Source: Nannocystis bainbridge (lineage in GTDB: Bacteria; Myxococcota_A; Polyangia; Nannocystales; Nannocystaceae). From it: DNA of 64,000 bases. A program made the translations under genes and the position numbers. The stretch covers positions 1,344,001 through 1,408,000 of the forward strand of contig NZ_JAQNDL010000001.1 of NCBI RefSeq assembly GCF_028368995.1, in the 5' to 3' direction. Below the pieces are notes generated by a model. That model searched no databases and was not told the origin of the DNA. It saw only the letters and a list, made by a program, of their open reading frames with translations. Of this stretch, positions 33,114-41,528 are shown one piece after another; the stretch's first letter is position 1, and the number at the start of each line of letters is the position of its first letter.

Positions 33114-33311
33114 CTACAGGTCGTAGGGGCGAACGGTGCTGCGGTTGTTGCTCTTGCAGCGCTCGATCGCGGCGCCGAGGAGCTCGTGGACCTTGTCGGA
33201 CACGGCCTGGATCAGCTCACCATCGCTGCGGAGACCCGCGTCGCGGATGACGTCCTTGACCTTGCTGCCGACGACGAGGATTTCCTTGGGTGCCTTGTTC
33301 TTGGTTGCCAT
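33114..33311 (-). CDS. Bacterial histone-fold protein (Bd0055/HBb-like), 65 aa
   Basis: MATKNKAPKEILVVGSKVKDVIRDAGLRSDGELIQAVSDKVHELLGAAIERCKSNNRSTVRPYDL; LVVxSKVK N-terminus and RxTVxxxD clamp; ATG 33311. Confidence 0.88.
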   Translation of the reverse strand: MATKNKAPKEILVVGSKVKDVIRDAGLRSDGELIQAVSDKVHELLGAAIERCKSNNRSTVRPYDL

Positions 33312-33774
33312 TGTTGGGTTCTTTCGCTCGTACGTCCGTGGGGACGAGAATGTGGAGGAGGTCGCGGTAGATCGGAGAAGCCCGACCTCGTTGCTCGGCA
33401 AGGACCATAATCCGGAACATCTGCTCTGCAAAGGCAAATTTGCAGCGTAGGAGCCAACTTTTTTCGGGGAGGGCCAGCGGGGAGGGGGTAGCGGCCCGTG
33501 TACCTTAGGTCTGACGGACTAGTCGGGCCCGCCGATCGCACCGACGCTGCCGCGGATGCGACCCCGCTAAAGCGGCGATATTCCATGAATCTGGCCTCTA
33601 AGCGCCGCCGCGGCCGCCGAATTGCTCGACGTCGGCGCGGCGCATGTCGATGCTGCGAGCAGAGTCCGATCTCCCTGAAGCCCGCGTCACAACCTGCGAG
33701 GTGCAGAAGATCGCATCTGCCCGCAGCGGTGACGATCGCCGGCCGGGTCACTCGCAGCTGCGTCGCTCCTTCCT

Positions 33775-34323
33775 TTAAGAGGAAGCAGCGAGGTCCTCGC
33801 AGGCGAGCGACCATGCGGACAGCAGCGCGGCTGCACGGGGGCCAGTGGCCGCGGCGAACAGAGATCTGCGGTCCGCCGACGGACGCGAAAGCGTGATCGC
33901 CAGGTGGTCCGCGGGCGGCGAACGCCACCGAGATCCCCACTCGACGATCATCGCCGTCCCGCGCTCGAGGCTCGGCTGTTCGGCCGCTTCGCCGAGCGCA
34001 CCGGACTCGAGCAGCAGCTCCTCGAGGTCGAGGGAATCGAACCCTGCGCCGCCGCCGAGGCCCTCGTCGTCGTCGCCGCCGAGGCGGAACAGATCGACGT
34101 GGACGAGGCTGGGGCCGCGGCCGTGGTGGACCATGCACAGGGTGAAGGTCGGGCTCTGGACCCGACCGGGATGAGACACGCCGAGCCCGACGGCGATCGC
34201 ACGGGTGAGCGTCGTCTTGCCTGCGCCCATGGGGCCGTGGAGCAGCACCACGTCGCCCGCTCGCAGACTCGCACCGAGCGCGCGCCCGCGCAGCGCCATC
34301 GCCTCCTGGTCGAGGTCGGTCAT
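33775..34323 (-). CDS. tsaE: tRNA threonylcarbamoyladenosine biosynthesis ATPase TsaE
   Basis: LLHGPMGAGKTTL, VQSPTFTL, HVDLFRL, IVEWG; start uncertain (ATG 34323 or GTG 34383). Confidence 0.92.
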   Translation of the reverse strand: MTDLDQEAMALRGRALGASLRAGDVVLLHGPMGAGKTTLTRAIAVGLGVSHPGRVQSPTFTLCMVHHGRGPSLVHVDLFRLGGDDDEGLGGGAGFDSLDLEELLLESGALGEAAEQPSLERGTAMIVEWGSRWRSPPADHLAITLSRPSADRRSLFAAATGPRAAALLSAWSLACEDLAASS

Positions 34324-34459
34324 TTCCCGCGATCGTGGGGCGCCTTCGGCGTCCGCGCCCGTATTCGTCGGCCCTGCGCTCACGCCGCGAGTGTACACGC
34401 CGCGCGTCGCCCGGGCGGCCTTGTGCGCCGCGAAACTCCGGTGGTACAGGGCTGGTCCG

Positions 34460-36592
34460 ATGCTCGCAGTGGGCTCTCGTCTCCTCCGCCGCGCCGCCGC
34501 GTGCGCCCTCGTCGGCGCCGTCGCGTGCGAGCCGGGGCCGCCGCCGGAGCGGCGGGTGGCCGAGCCCGTCGACCCCTTGCGACCGCTCGACGTCCGCGGC
34601 CCCATCCCCGCCGGCATCAAGCTCGCCGACTACGTCCTCGACGCCAGCCTCGACGCCGAGAAACACACCGTCACCGGCACCGCGCGGATCACCTGGCGCA
34701 ACAGCACCCGCGCCCCCGTCGACGCGCTGGTGCTCCACCTCTATATGAACGGCTTCCGCGCCGAGGACACCGCGTGGATGGCCGAGGCCCGCGGCTCGCA
34801 CCGCGGCGCGCGGCAGGACAAGGGCGAGGGCAAGTGGGGCTACATCGACGTCCGCGCCGCTCGCCTGCTCGCGCAGGGACCGAGCGCCGACTTCAAGGCG
34901 CCCGAGCAGCGCGACGCTGCCGCCACCCCACTCACCCTCGTCGAGGGCGCCGACCCCAGCCTCGGCTCGCTCGCCTTGCCGCGCCCGGTCGGCCCTGACG
35001 AGACCATCACCGTCGAGCTCGACTTCTTCACCCAGCTGCCGCGGGTGTTCGCGCGCACCGGCTACGACGGCGAGTTCCACATGGTCGGCCAGTGGTACCC
35101 CAAGCTGGCGGTGCGCCACGAGGGCGGCTGGCAGGCCCACGTCTTCACGCTTCACAGCGAGTTCTACGCCGACTTCGGCGACTACGACGTCCACCTGGAT
35201 GTCCCCGAGGACATGGTCGTCGGGGCATCCGGCGTGCTGGTCGAGGAGCGGCCGCCGGAGGGCGGGCGCAAGCGGCTGCGGTACCGCGCCGACACCGTGC
35301 ACGACTTCGCCTGGGCCGCCTCGCCCGACTTCCTCGAGTACGGTGATACCTGGCGCGACGTCAGGATCCGCCAGCTCGTCCCGCGCGCGCTCGCGGGCGA
35401 CGTGCAGCGCCACCTCGACGCCCAGGTCGCCGCGCTCGAGAGCATGGACGCTCGCTTCGGGCCCTACCCGTGGTCGACGATCACCATCGTCCACCCGCCG
35501 GAGTCCGCCGGCGGCGCCCAGGGCATGGAGTACCCGACCTTCTTCACCACCTCCGACATCCTGCGCGTGCCGCTGCCGCTGCGCCTGCTCGGCATCCACG
35601 AGCTGCTCACCGGCGAGTTCACCACCATCCACGAGTTCGGCCACCAGTATTTCCAGGGCCTGCTCGCCTCCGACGAGGCGACCCAGCCGTGGCTCGACGA
35701 GGGCATCAACTCGTTCTCCAACACCCTCGCGCTCGACGACTGGCTCGGCGACGACGCCACCATCGCCCGCATCGGCAACCAGCGCGTGTCGACCATCGAC
35801 ATGATCCGCGTCGCCCTGCAGACCGCCGCCGAGCTCGACCCCGTCGACCGCCGCGCCGAGGACTACCGCGACTTCACCGGCACCTTCGGCGGCACCGTCT
35901 ACCGCAAGACCGCCGCCGTGTTCCACACCCTGCGCGCGCTGGTCGGCCCCGAGAAATTCGACCGCGCCTTCCGCATTTACTGCGACACCTGGCGCTTCCG
36001 TCACCCGACCGGCGCCGACCTGCGGGCCGCGCTCCTGCGTGAGATCGGCCCCAAGGTCAGGATCTCCGACACAGGTCCCGACGGCCAGCCGGTCGACCTC
36101 GACGTCGCCGACTACCTGGCCCAGGCGATCGAGACCACCGCCTCGGTCGATTTCGCCGTCACCCGGGTCGCCAACCGCCGGGCCGTCGGCGACGCCGGCT
36201 GGCGCCGCGGCCAGGACGGCGCGCTCGCGCTGATCGAGCCCGAGCCCGCGCCCGAGGGCGAGGAGCTGGGCGACGAGGCCAGCGAGGGCTTCGCGCTGAT
36301 CGTGCGCGAGGGCGAGTTCCGCGTCCCGGTCGAGATCGAGTTCGCGTTCAAGGGCGGCGCGCGCGAGCGGCTGTGGTGGGACGGCCAGGCCCGCTACCGC
36401 GTGTTCACCTTCCCCGGCAAGAAGCTCGCCGGCGTGGCGATCGACCCCGACGACAAGCTCCTGCTCGAGGGCGAGCGGCTCGACAACCGCGTGCGCGGCC
36501 CGGGCCAGCGCACCCCCGACGGCCTCAGCGATCCGGTCGCCCGCTTCCACGAGGCCATGGACCTCGCGGTGCTCGGAGGTCTCGGCCTGTGA
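34460..36592 (+). CDS. M1 family zinc metallo-aminopeptidase, lipoprotein
   Basis: Lipobox GAVAC; GMEYP; HEFGH...WLDEG; VYRK. Confidence 0.92.
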   Translation: MLAVGSRLLRRAAACALVGAVACEPGPPPERRVAEPVDPLRPLDVRGPIPAGIKLADYVLDASLDAEKHTVTGTARITWRNSTRAPVDALVLHLYMNGFRAEDTAWMAEARGSHRGARQDKGEGKWGYIDVRAARLLAQGPSADFKAPEQRDAAATPLTLVEGADPSLGSLALPRPVGPDETITVELDFFTQLPRVFARTGYDGEFHMVGQWYPKLAVRHEGGWQAHVFTLHSEFYADFGDYDVHLDVPEDMVVGASGVLVEERPPEGGRKRLRYRADTVHDFAWAASPDFLEYGDTWRDVRIRQLVPRALAGDVQRHLDAQVAALESMDARFGPYPWSTITIVHPPESAGGAQGMEYPTFFTTSDILRVPLPLRLLGIHELLTGEFTTIHEFGHQYFQGLLASDEATQPWLDEGINSFSNTLALDDWLGDDATIARIGNQRVSTIDMIRVALQTAAELDPVDRRAEDYRDFTGTFGGTVYRKTAAVFHTLRALVGPEKFDRAFRIYCDTWRFRHPTGADLRAALLREIGPKVRISDTGPDGQPVDLDVADYLAQAIETTASVDFAVTRVANRRAVGDAGWRRGQDGALALIEPEPAPEGEELGDEASEGFALIVREGEFRVPVEIEFAFKGGARERLWWDGQARYRVFTFPGKKLAGVAIDPDDKLLLEGERLDNRVRGPGQRTPDGLSDPVARFHEAMDLAVLGGLGL

Positions 36593-37362
36593 ACGCGCTG
36601 CGCCGCGTGCTCCGCGTCCCCGGCCTGTGGCTGGGCCTGTGCGCCCTCCAGCTCGGCCTCGCCTGGGGCCTGGCCCAGCCGGTCGCCGGGGCCGTGCGCG
36701 CCGCCATGGGCGGGCGCGTGTGGACCGACCCGCACCGCCTGATCGCCGCCCTCGCCGAGCTGCTGGTCCAGAACCCCGCCATCCTCACCGTGTTCGTCGC
36801 CGCCGCCATCACCAGCGGCTTGCTCGGCGCCGCGATCGCCCTGCTCGTGCGCGGCGGCGTGCTGCTGCGCCTGGGCGACGCCAGCGACCGGGGCACCCGC
36901 GCGTGGGCCGAGTTCGGCCGCGCCAGCCTCGGCAACCTGCCCGTGCTGGCGCTGATCGGCCTCTACGGCCTGGTCCTGCGCGTCGTCCTCAGCTTCGTCG
37001 CCAACGCCCTGGCCGGCGCGCACGCCCTCGTCGAGTTGGTCGTGCTCGTGCTCCTCCTGACCTTTGCGACCTGCGCCGGCGACCTCGCGGCCGCCCGCCG
37101 GGTCCTCCGCGGCGAGCGCGGCGTCCACCCGCGCGAGTACCTGCGCGCCTGCGCCGACGTGGCCAGGAGCCCGCGCCTGTGGCTCGCCTCCGGCGCCCTC
37201 ACCCTCGCCCGCTGGGCCATCGCCGGCGCCATCGTCGTGATCGCCGTGCACGGCAGCGGCGAGGCCTGGGCGTCCTGGTCCGCCCGCGGCCTCGCCTGCG
37301 TCGCCGTGTTCCTGGCGCTGTGGCGGGTCGCCGTCGCCGTCGAGGCCAGCCGGCGCGACTGA
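36589..37362 (+). CDS. Hypothetical integral membrane protein, translationally coupled to the M1 peptidase
   Basis: GTGA overlap at 36589; about 6 hydrophobic helices. Confidence 0.7.
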   Translation: MNALRRVLRVPGLWLGLCALQLGLAWGLAQPVAGAVRAAMGGRVWTDPHRLIAALAELLVQNPAILTVFVAAAITSGLLGAAIALLVRGGVLLRLGDASDRGTRAWAEFGRASLGNLPVLALIGLYGLVLRVVLSFVANALAGAHALVELVVLVLLLTFATCAGDLAAARRVLRGERGVHPREYLRACADVARSPRLWLASGALTLARWAIAGAIVVIAVHGSGEAWASWSARGLACVAVFLALWRVAVAVEASRRD

Positions 37363-37387
37363 TCCGCGGCTGCCTCTCGGGACAGCA

Positions 37388-37492
37388 TCACCTGTCCCCC
37401 GGTACACATTTTTAAACATGTCCCAAGGGACATGTCTCGAGGGACGCATCTATAAAAAATGTCCCGAGGGACATGTCTCGCAGGACATCCTT
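37388..37492. repeat. 14-bp-period array with ~41-bp internal duplication, about 8 units
   Basis: CCTG 37391, CACA 37405; CATG 37417/37431, CGCA 37445; AATG 37458, CATG 37472, CATC 37486 (two register slips). Confidence 0.85.
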
Positions 37493-37601
37493 GCTCCGGC
37501 CCGAGCGGCCGCCCCGGCGCTCCGGCGCTGTGGCTCGCGCCGATCGCCGTTCCCTCGCAGCACCGGCCCCGCCCGCCGTGGTACGATGCCGGCGAATGTC
37601 C

Positions 37602-39392
37602 ATGCGCAGGATCTCCTGGTTGTTCGCCCTGGTCGCCTGCGGTCCTGCGGCCCAAGCTCCGGCCGGCCCTGCGCCGGCTCCGGAGGCGAACGTCGCCGTC
37701 GTCCCCGAAACGCCCGCCGCAGCGGGCAGCGTCACCGGCCGCCTCCGGGCCCACGACGGCAGCCCGCTGCGCGCCGGCGAGTTCGCGCTGATCCGCAACG
37801 GCTTCATGAAGCCGGCCGCGCGCGGCCCTCTGGGCGAGGACGGCAGCTTCCGCGTCGAGATCGAGCCCGGCATGTACATCCTCGCCGTCTCTGCCGTCGA
37901 CCACGCCCAGCTCGTGCAGGCGCTGCAGGTCACCGGCCCCGTCGAGGTCACGGGCAACCTCGGCACCTACGCGCGGCCCGAGCCTGGTGCGTCGCTGCAG
38001 GTCCACTTGCAGTGGCAGGACGCCGCCGGCGCGCAGCTGGGCGCCGAATCACGGACCGCGCCGCGCGGCCCTGCCGGCGCCTATCGCCTCGACCTCTCGG
38101 GCCGCCCGCCCCGCGCCGCCAGGCTGCGCTACCAGCTCGACAGCGGGACCGGCCGCACCTACAACGGCCCGCTCGCCGACCGCCACGAGAGCGACGGCGG
38201 CGGCGATTTTTGGTCGGTCGTCGACCTCGTCGGCCAGAGCGCGCTCGAGCTCGACCTCGCCAGGCTGCCGCCCGCGGACCGGCCCGCGCAGCTCGAGTGG
38301 CGCGGCGAGCCGTCCGGCATGCGCGCCCTCCGGCTCTTCCGCGACGCCTGGCAGCCCCGCGTCTCCGCGCTGCAGCAGAGCATGACGCACCAGGACGGCA
38401 AGCTGCTCGTCCCGGACGCGACCTGGCGGGCGACCATGGCCGCGCTCGCCGCCGAGGCGCTCGCCGAGGCCGACGCCGCCGCCGACGACGACACCCGCCT
38501 GCTGCTCCGCCTCGCCCACCTCGATCTGTTCACCGGCCACGACGACCACGCCGACGCCCGCGCCCGCGCCGACTGGCTGCTCGCGCGCGTCGATCCGCTC
38601 GACCGACGGCTCAGCGCGTTCTGGAACCTGACCAACCTCCTGTCCCGCGTCCTCGACACCGCCGACGAGACCTTCGCCGCGCGCGCCGAGGCGTGGCTGG
38701 CCCGCGCCGCCGCCCAGGAGGACGCCGGGACCGCCCTCGACGCCCTCTCGCTGCTCCTCTACCGCGCCCGCGACCGCGGCCTCGACGACCGCGTCGCCGA
38801 GCTGTACGCCAGCGCCCGCGAGCCGCGGTTCGAGGGCACCTTCACCGCCAAGTACCTCGCCGAGCAGTTCGACCCCGACCGCGCCCTGCAGCGCGGCAAG
38901 CCGCTGCCCGAGTTTCGCTTCCCCGCCCTCGACGTCGGCGCCCCCGCGGTGTCCCAGGCCGACCGTCGCGGCAAGCTCTACTTCATCGAGTTCTGGGCCA
39001 CCTGGTGCGGCCCCTGCGTCGCCGACATGCCCGACATCCACGCCGCCTACGCGGCGATCAACGGCGCCGCGCCCGGCCCCGGCCCCGACGGCCTGCACAA
39101 GCTCGGCGCCGTCGCCCAGCCGCGGATCGAGTTCGTGTTCGTCTCCTTCGACCAGGGCCCCGGCGTCGTCCAGGACTTCCGCGCCCAGCACTGGTCGATG
39201 CCGTGGACGCACGCGTTCGTCGGCCTCGCCGGCGAGCGCGAGGTCATGGCTCGCTTCGGCTTCTCCGGCGTGCCCACCGGCGTCCTCGTCGACGAGGAGG
39301 GCAAGATCCTCGAGCTCGGCGCCGACCTCCGCGGCGAGAGGCTGCGGCCCACGCTCGAGCGCGCGCTGGCCCGCGCCCCCCGCCCGATCTGA
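37602..39392 (+). CDS. TlpA/ResA-like thioredoxin-domain lipoprotein
   Basis: Lipobox LVAC; EFWATWCGPC, VSFD, GVP..LVDEEGKI. Confidence 0.85.
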   Translation: MRRISWLFALVACGPAAQAPAGPAPAPEANVAVVPETPAAAGSVTGRLRAHDGSPLRAGEFALIRNGFMKPAARGPLGEDGSFRVEIEPGMYILAVSAVDHAQLVQALQVTGPVEVTGNLGTYARPEPGASLQVHLQWQDAAGAQLGAESRTAPRGPAGAYRLDLSGRPPRAARLRYQLDSGTGRTYNGPLADRHESDGGGDFWSVVDLVGQSALELDLARLPPADRPAQLEWRGEPSGMRALRLFRDAWQPRVSALQQSMTHQDGKLLVPDATWRATMAALAAEALAEADAAADDDTRLLLRLAHLDLFTGHDDHADARARADWLLARVDPLDRRLSAFWNLTNLLSRVLDTADETFAARAEAWLARAAAQEDAGTALDALSLLLYRARDRGLDDRVAELYASAREPRFEGTFTAKYLAEQFDPDRALQRGKPLPEFRFPALDVGAPAVSQADRRGKLYFIEFWATWCGPCVADMPDIHAAYAAINGAAPGPGPDGLHKLGAVAQPRIEFVFVSFDQGPGVVQDFRAQHWSMPWTHAFVGLAGEREVMARFGFSGVPTGVLVDEEGKILELGADLRGERLRPTLERALARAPRPI

Positions 39393-39398
39393 CCGCGA

Positions 39399-39464
39399 TA
39401 ACATGCCCCGTAAGACATGTCCTTCAGGACATTCTCAAAAGGACATGTCTTTAAAGTCATCCGC
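39399..39464. repeat. 14-bp-period array, 5 units
   Basis: CATG 39402/39416, CATT 39430, CATG 39444, CATC 39458. Confidence 0.9.
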
Positions 39465-39707
39465 TGTCAGGGCCGCGACGGCGCCCGCGTCGCGGTAGAC
39501 CGCCCGCCGCCGCGACCGCCGCCACGCCGCCGCGGACCCGGCGAGCGCACGTCCGCCTGACTGCGGCCCGGCGCGCCGCGTCGGCAGCAGCGCGGCGGTC
39601 AGCCCGCCGGCGTCGGCCTCTTCGGGAGCGCCGCCTGCCGGGTGCTACGCTCGAGCCTCGCGGATCCACGGTGCGCGAGCGCTGCGCCCTCGGAGCGGGG
39701 CTTTGTC

Positions 39708-40340
39708 GTGACTCTCGAAACCACCCAGGGCGACCGCTTCGCGCAAGCGCTCCTCGCCGGCGATCATCCGGCCGCGAACGCCTGCGCGCGCGAGGCGTTC
39801 ACGCGCGGGGTCGACTATTTGTACGAGGACGTCGTGAAGCCCGCGCTGGCGCGGATCGGCGAGATGTGGGCGCGCAACCAGATCACGATCGCCGAGCAGC
39901 ACGTGGCCACCGCGCTCGCGCAGTCGGTGCTCGGCGCGCTGTACCCCGAGTTCCCGTGGCCGCCGCCCGGGCCGCCGGCGATCATCGCCTGCGTCGCGGG
40001 CGAGCTCCACGAGCTGGGCGCGCGCATGGTCGCCGACCTGCTGACGCTCGACGGCTGGGACGGCATGTTCCTCGGCGCCGACGTCTCTGACGCCGCGCTG
40101 CTCGAACGGGTCGCGCAGACACGCCCGGCCCTGGTCGTGCTCTCGGTGACGATGGTCCCGGGTCGCCGCGGGCTCGCCCCGCTCGTCGCCAGCTTGCAGC
40201 GCCTGACCCCGGCGCCCAAGCTGCTCGTCGGCGGCGCGGGCATGCTCGGCAAGGAGGACCTCGATCTGCCGCCCGGCGCCGGCGCGGTGCTGTCGTCGGC
40301 GCGCGCCGCCGTCGAGTGGGCGCGGAGGTGGAAACCATGA
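39708..40340 (+). CDS. Stand-alone cobalamin (B12)-binding domain protein (CarH/AerR-like four-helix + Rossmann)
   Basis: IGEMWARNQITIAEQHVAT, GELHELGARMV, FLGADV, LSVT, LVGG. Confidence 0.85.
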   Translation: MTLETTQGDRFAQALLAGDHPAANACAREAFTRGVDYLYEDVVKPALARIGEMWARNQITIAEQHVATALAQSVLGALYPEFPWPPPGPPAIIACVAGELHELGARMVADLLTLDGWDGMFLGADVSDAALLERVAQTRPALVVLSVTMVPGRRGLAPLVASLQRLTPAPKLLVGGAGMLGKEDLDLPPGAGAVLSSARAAVEWARRWKP

Positions 40341-41476
40341 GCGACGGCTCGCTGCTCACCGCCCTGCTCGCCCAGCCTCACGGCCTCGTCGTGCTCCACC
40401 TCGTCGACGGCGAGATCGTCGCCGCCAGCCCCGCCGTGCGCGCGCTGCTCGGCCCGTGCGCGTGCGGCGGCGCCCGCATGGAGGCGCTCGTCGCCACGGC
40501 CTCGGCGCCCAAGCTCGCCGCCGCGCTGGCCGCCGCCACCGCTGCCGTGTTCGAGCTGCAGGTGGTGTGCGACGCCGGCGACGCGCGGCCGCTGCGGTTC
40601 CTGGTCGTGCCGCTGCAGCCGCGCGAGCACCTCCTCGTCGCCGCCCCGCTCGACCCGCGGTACGGCGTCGACCTCGAGCGGCGGCTGCTCGCCAGCCACG
40701 GCGAGCTGGCCAACCTCACCCGCGACCTCAGCCGCCGCGCCGTCGAGATCGAGGCCGCGCGGGCCGGGCTCGAGGCGCTGGGCGCGTTGCGCGACGACTT
40801 CATGGCCGCGATGGCCCACGACCTGCGCGCCCCGCTGACGACGATCGGCCTGCAGGCCGAGATGCTGACGCGCGGCGCCGATCGTCCGTCGGCGGCCGAG
40901 GTCGCCCGGCGCGGCGGACTCATCGCCCGCAACGTCGCGCGCATGGACGCCCTGATGACCCGGGTCCTGGAGGCCGCGCGGCTGGGCGGCGGCGTCGTCG
41001 CGCTCGAGCGGCGCCGCGTCTCGCTGGTCGACCTCGCCCACGACGCCATGGAGGCCGTCCAGGGCGCCGCCGAGCGGGCCCGCCTCACCCTCGAGCTGCG
41101 CTGCCGCGCCGCCGACCCGTGGCTCGTCGTCGACGGCGTGCGGGTCGGCCAGGTCCTCGGCAACGTGCTCGAGAACTCGGTGCGCCACGCCCCGCCCGCC
41201 AGCACCATCATCGTGGCGATCACCGAAGAGCCCGCGCGCCTGCGCTGCACCGTGTGCGACCAGGGCCCCGGCGTCCCGCCCGGCCTGCGCGACCAGATCT
41301 TCGAGCGCTTCGGCCGCGGCGAGCACGCCGGCATGGCCGGCCTCGGGCTCTACATCGCCCGCAAGATCGCCCGGCTCCACGGCGGCGACCTGTGGGTCGA
41401 GGACGTCACGCCCGTCGGCGCCGCCTTCGTGCTCGAGCTGCCGCGCGCCCCTTCGGACATGCCCTCGGGGACATAA
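40337..41476 (+). CDS. Cytoplasmic sensor histidine kinase (HisKA + HATPase)
   Basis: ATGA overlap with B12 gene; AHDLRAPL, NVLENSVRH, DQGPG, IFERF, GLGLYIA. Confidence 0.9.
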   Translation: MSDGSLLTALLAQPHGLVVLHLVDGEIVAASPAVRALLGPCACGGARMEALVATASAPKLAAALAAATAAVFELQVVCDAGDARPLRFLVVPLQPREHLLVAAPLDPRYGVDLERRLLASHGELANLTRDLSRRAVEIEAARAGLEALGALRDDFMAAMAHDLRAPLTTIGLQAEMLTRGADRPSAAEVARRGGLIARNVARMDALMTRVLEAARLGGGVVALERRRVSLVDLAHDAMEAVQGAAERARLTLELRCRAADPWLVVDGVRVGQVLGNVLENSVRHAPPASTIIVAITEEPARLRCTVCDQGPGVPPGLRDQIFERFGRGEHAGMAGLGLYIARKIARLHGGDLWVEDVTPVGAAFVLELPRAPSDMPSGT

Positions 41477-41520
41477 ACCATGGGACATGCCCGATCGGGC
41501 ATGCCCTATGAGTCATATCC
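41455..41520. repeat. 14-bp-period array, 5 units, overlapping the kinase stop codon
   Basis: CATG 41458, CATA 41472, CATG 41486/41500, CATA 41514. Confidence 0.9.
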
Positions 41521-41528
41521 CCGGACCG

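Noticed and set aside
33426-33445. GGCAAA loop as a c-di-GMP-I riboswitch
   Set aside because: The rest of the GEMM architecture is not discernible, and the motif reads on the strand opposite to the histone leader.
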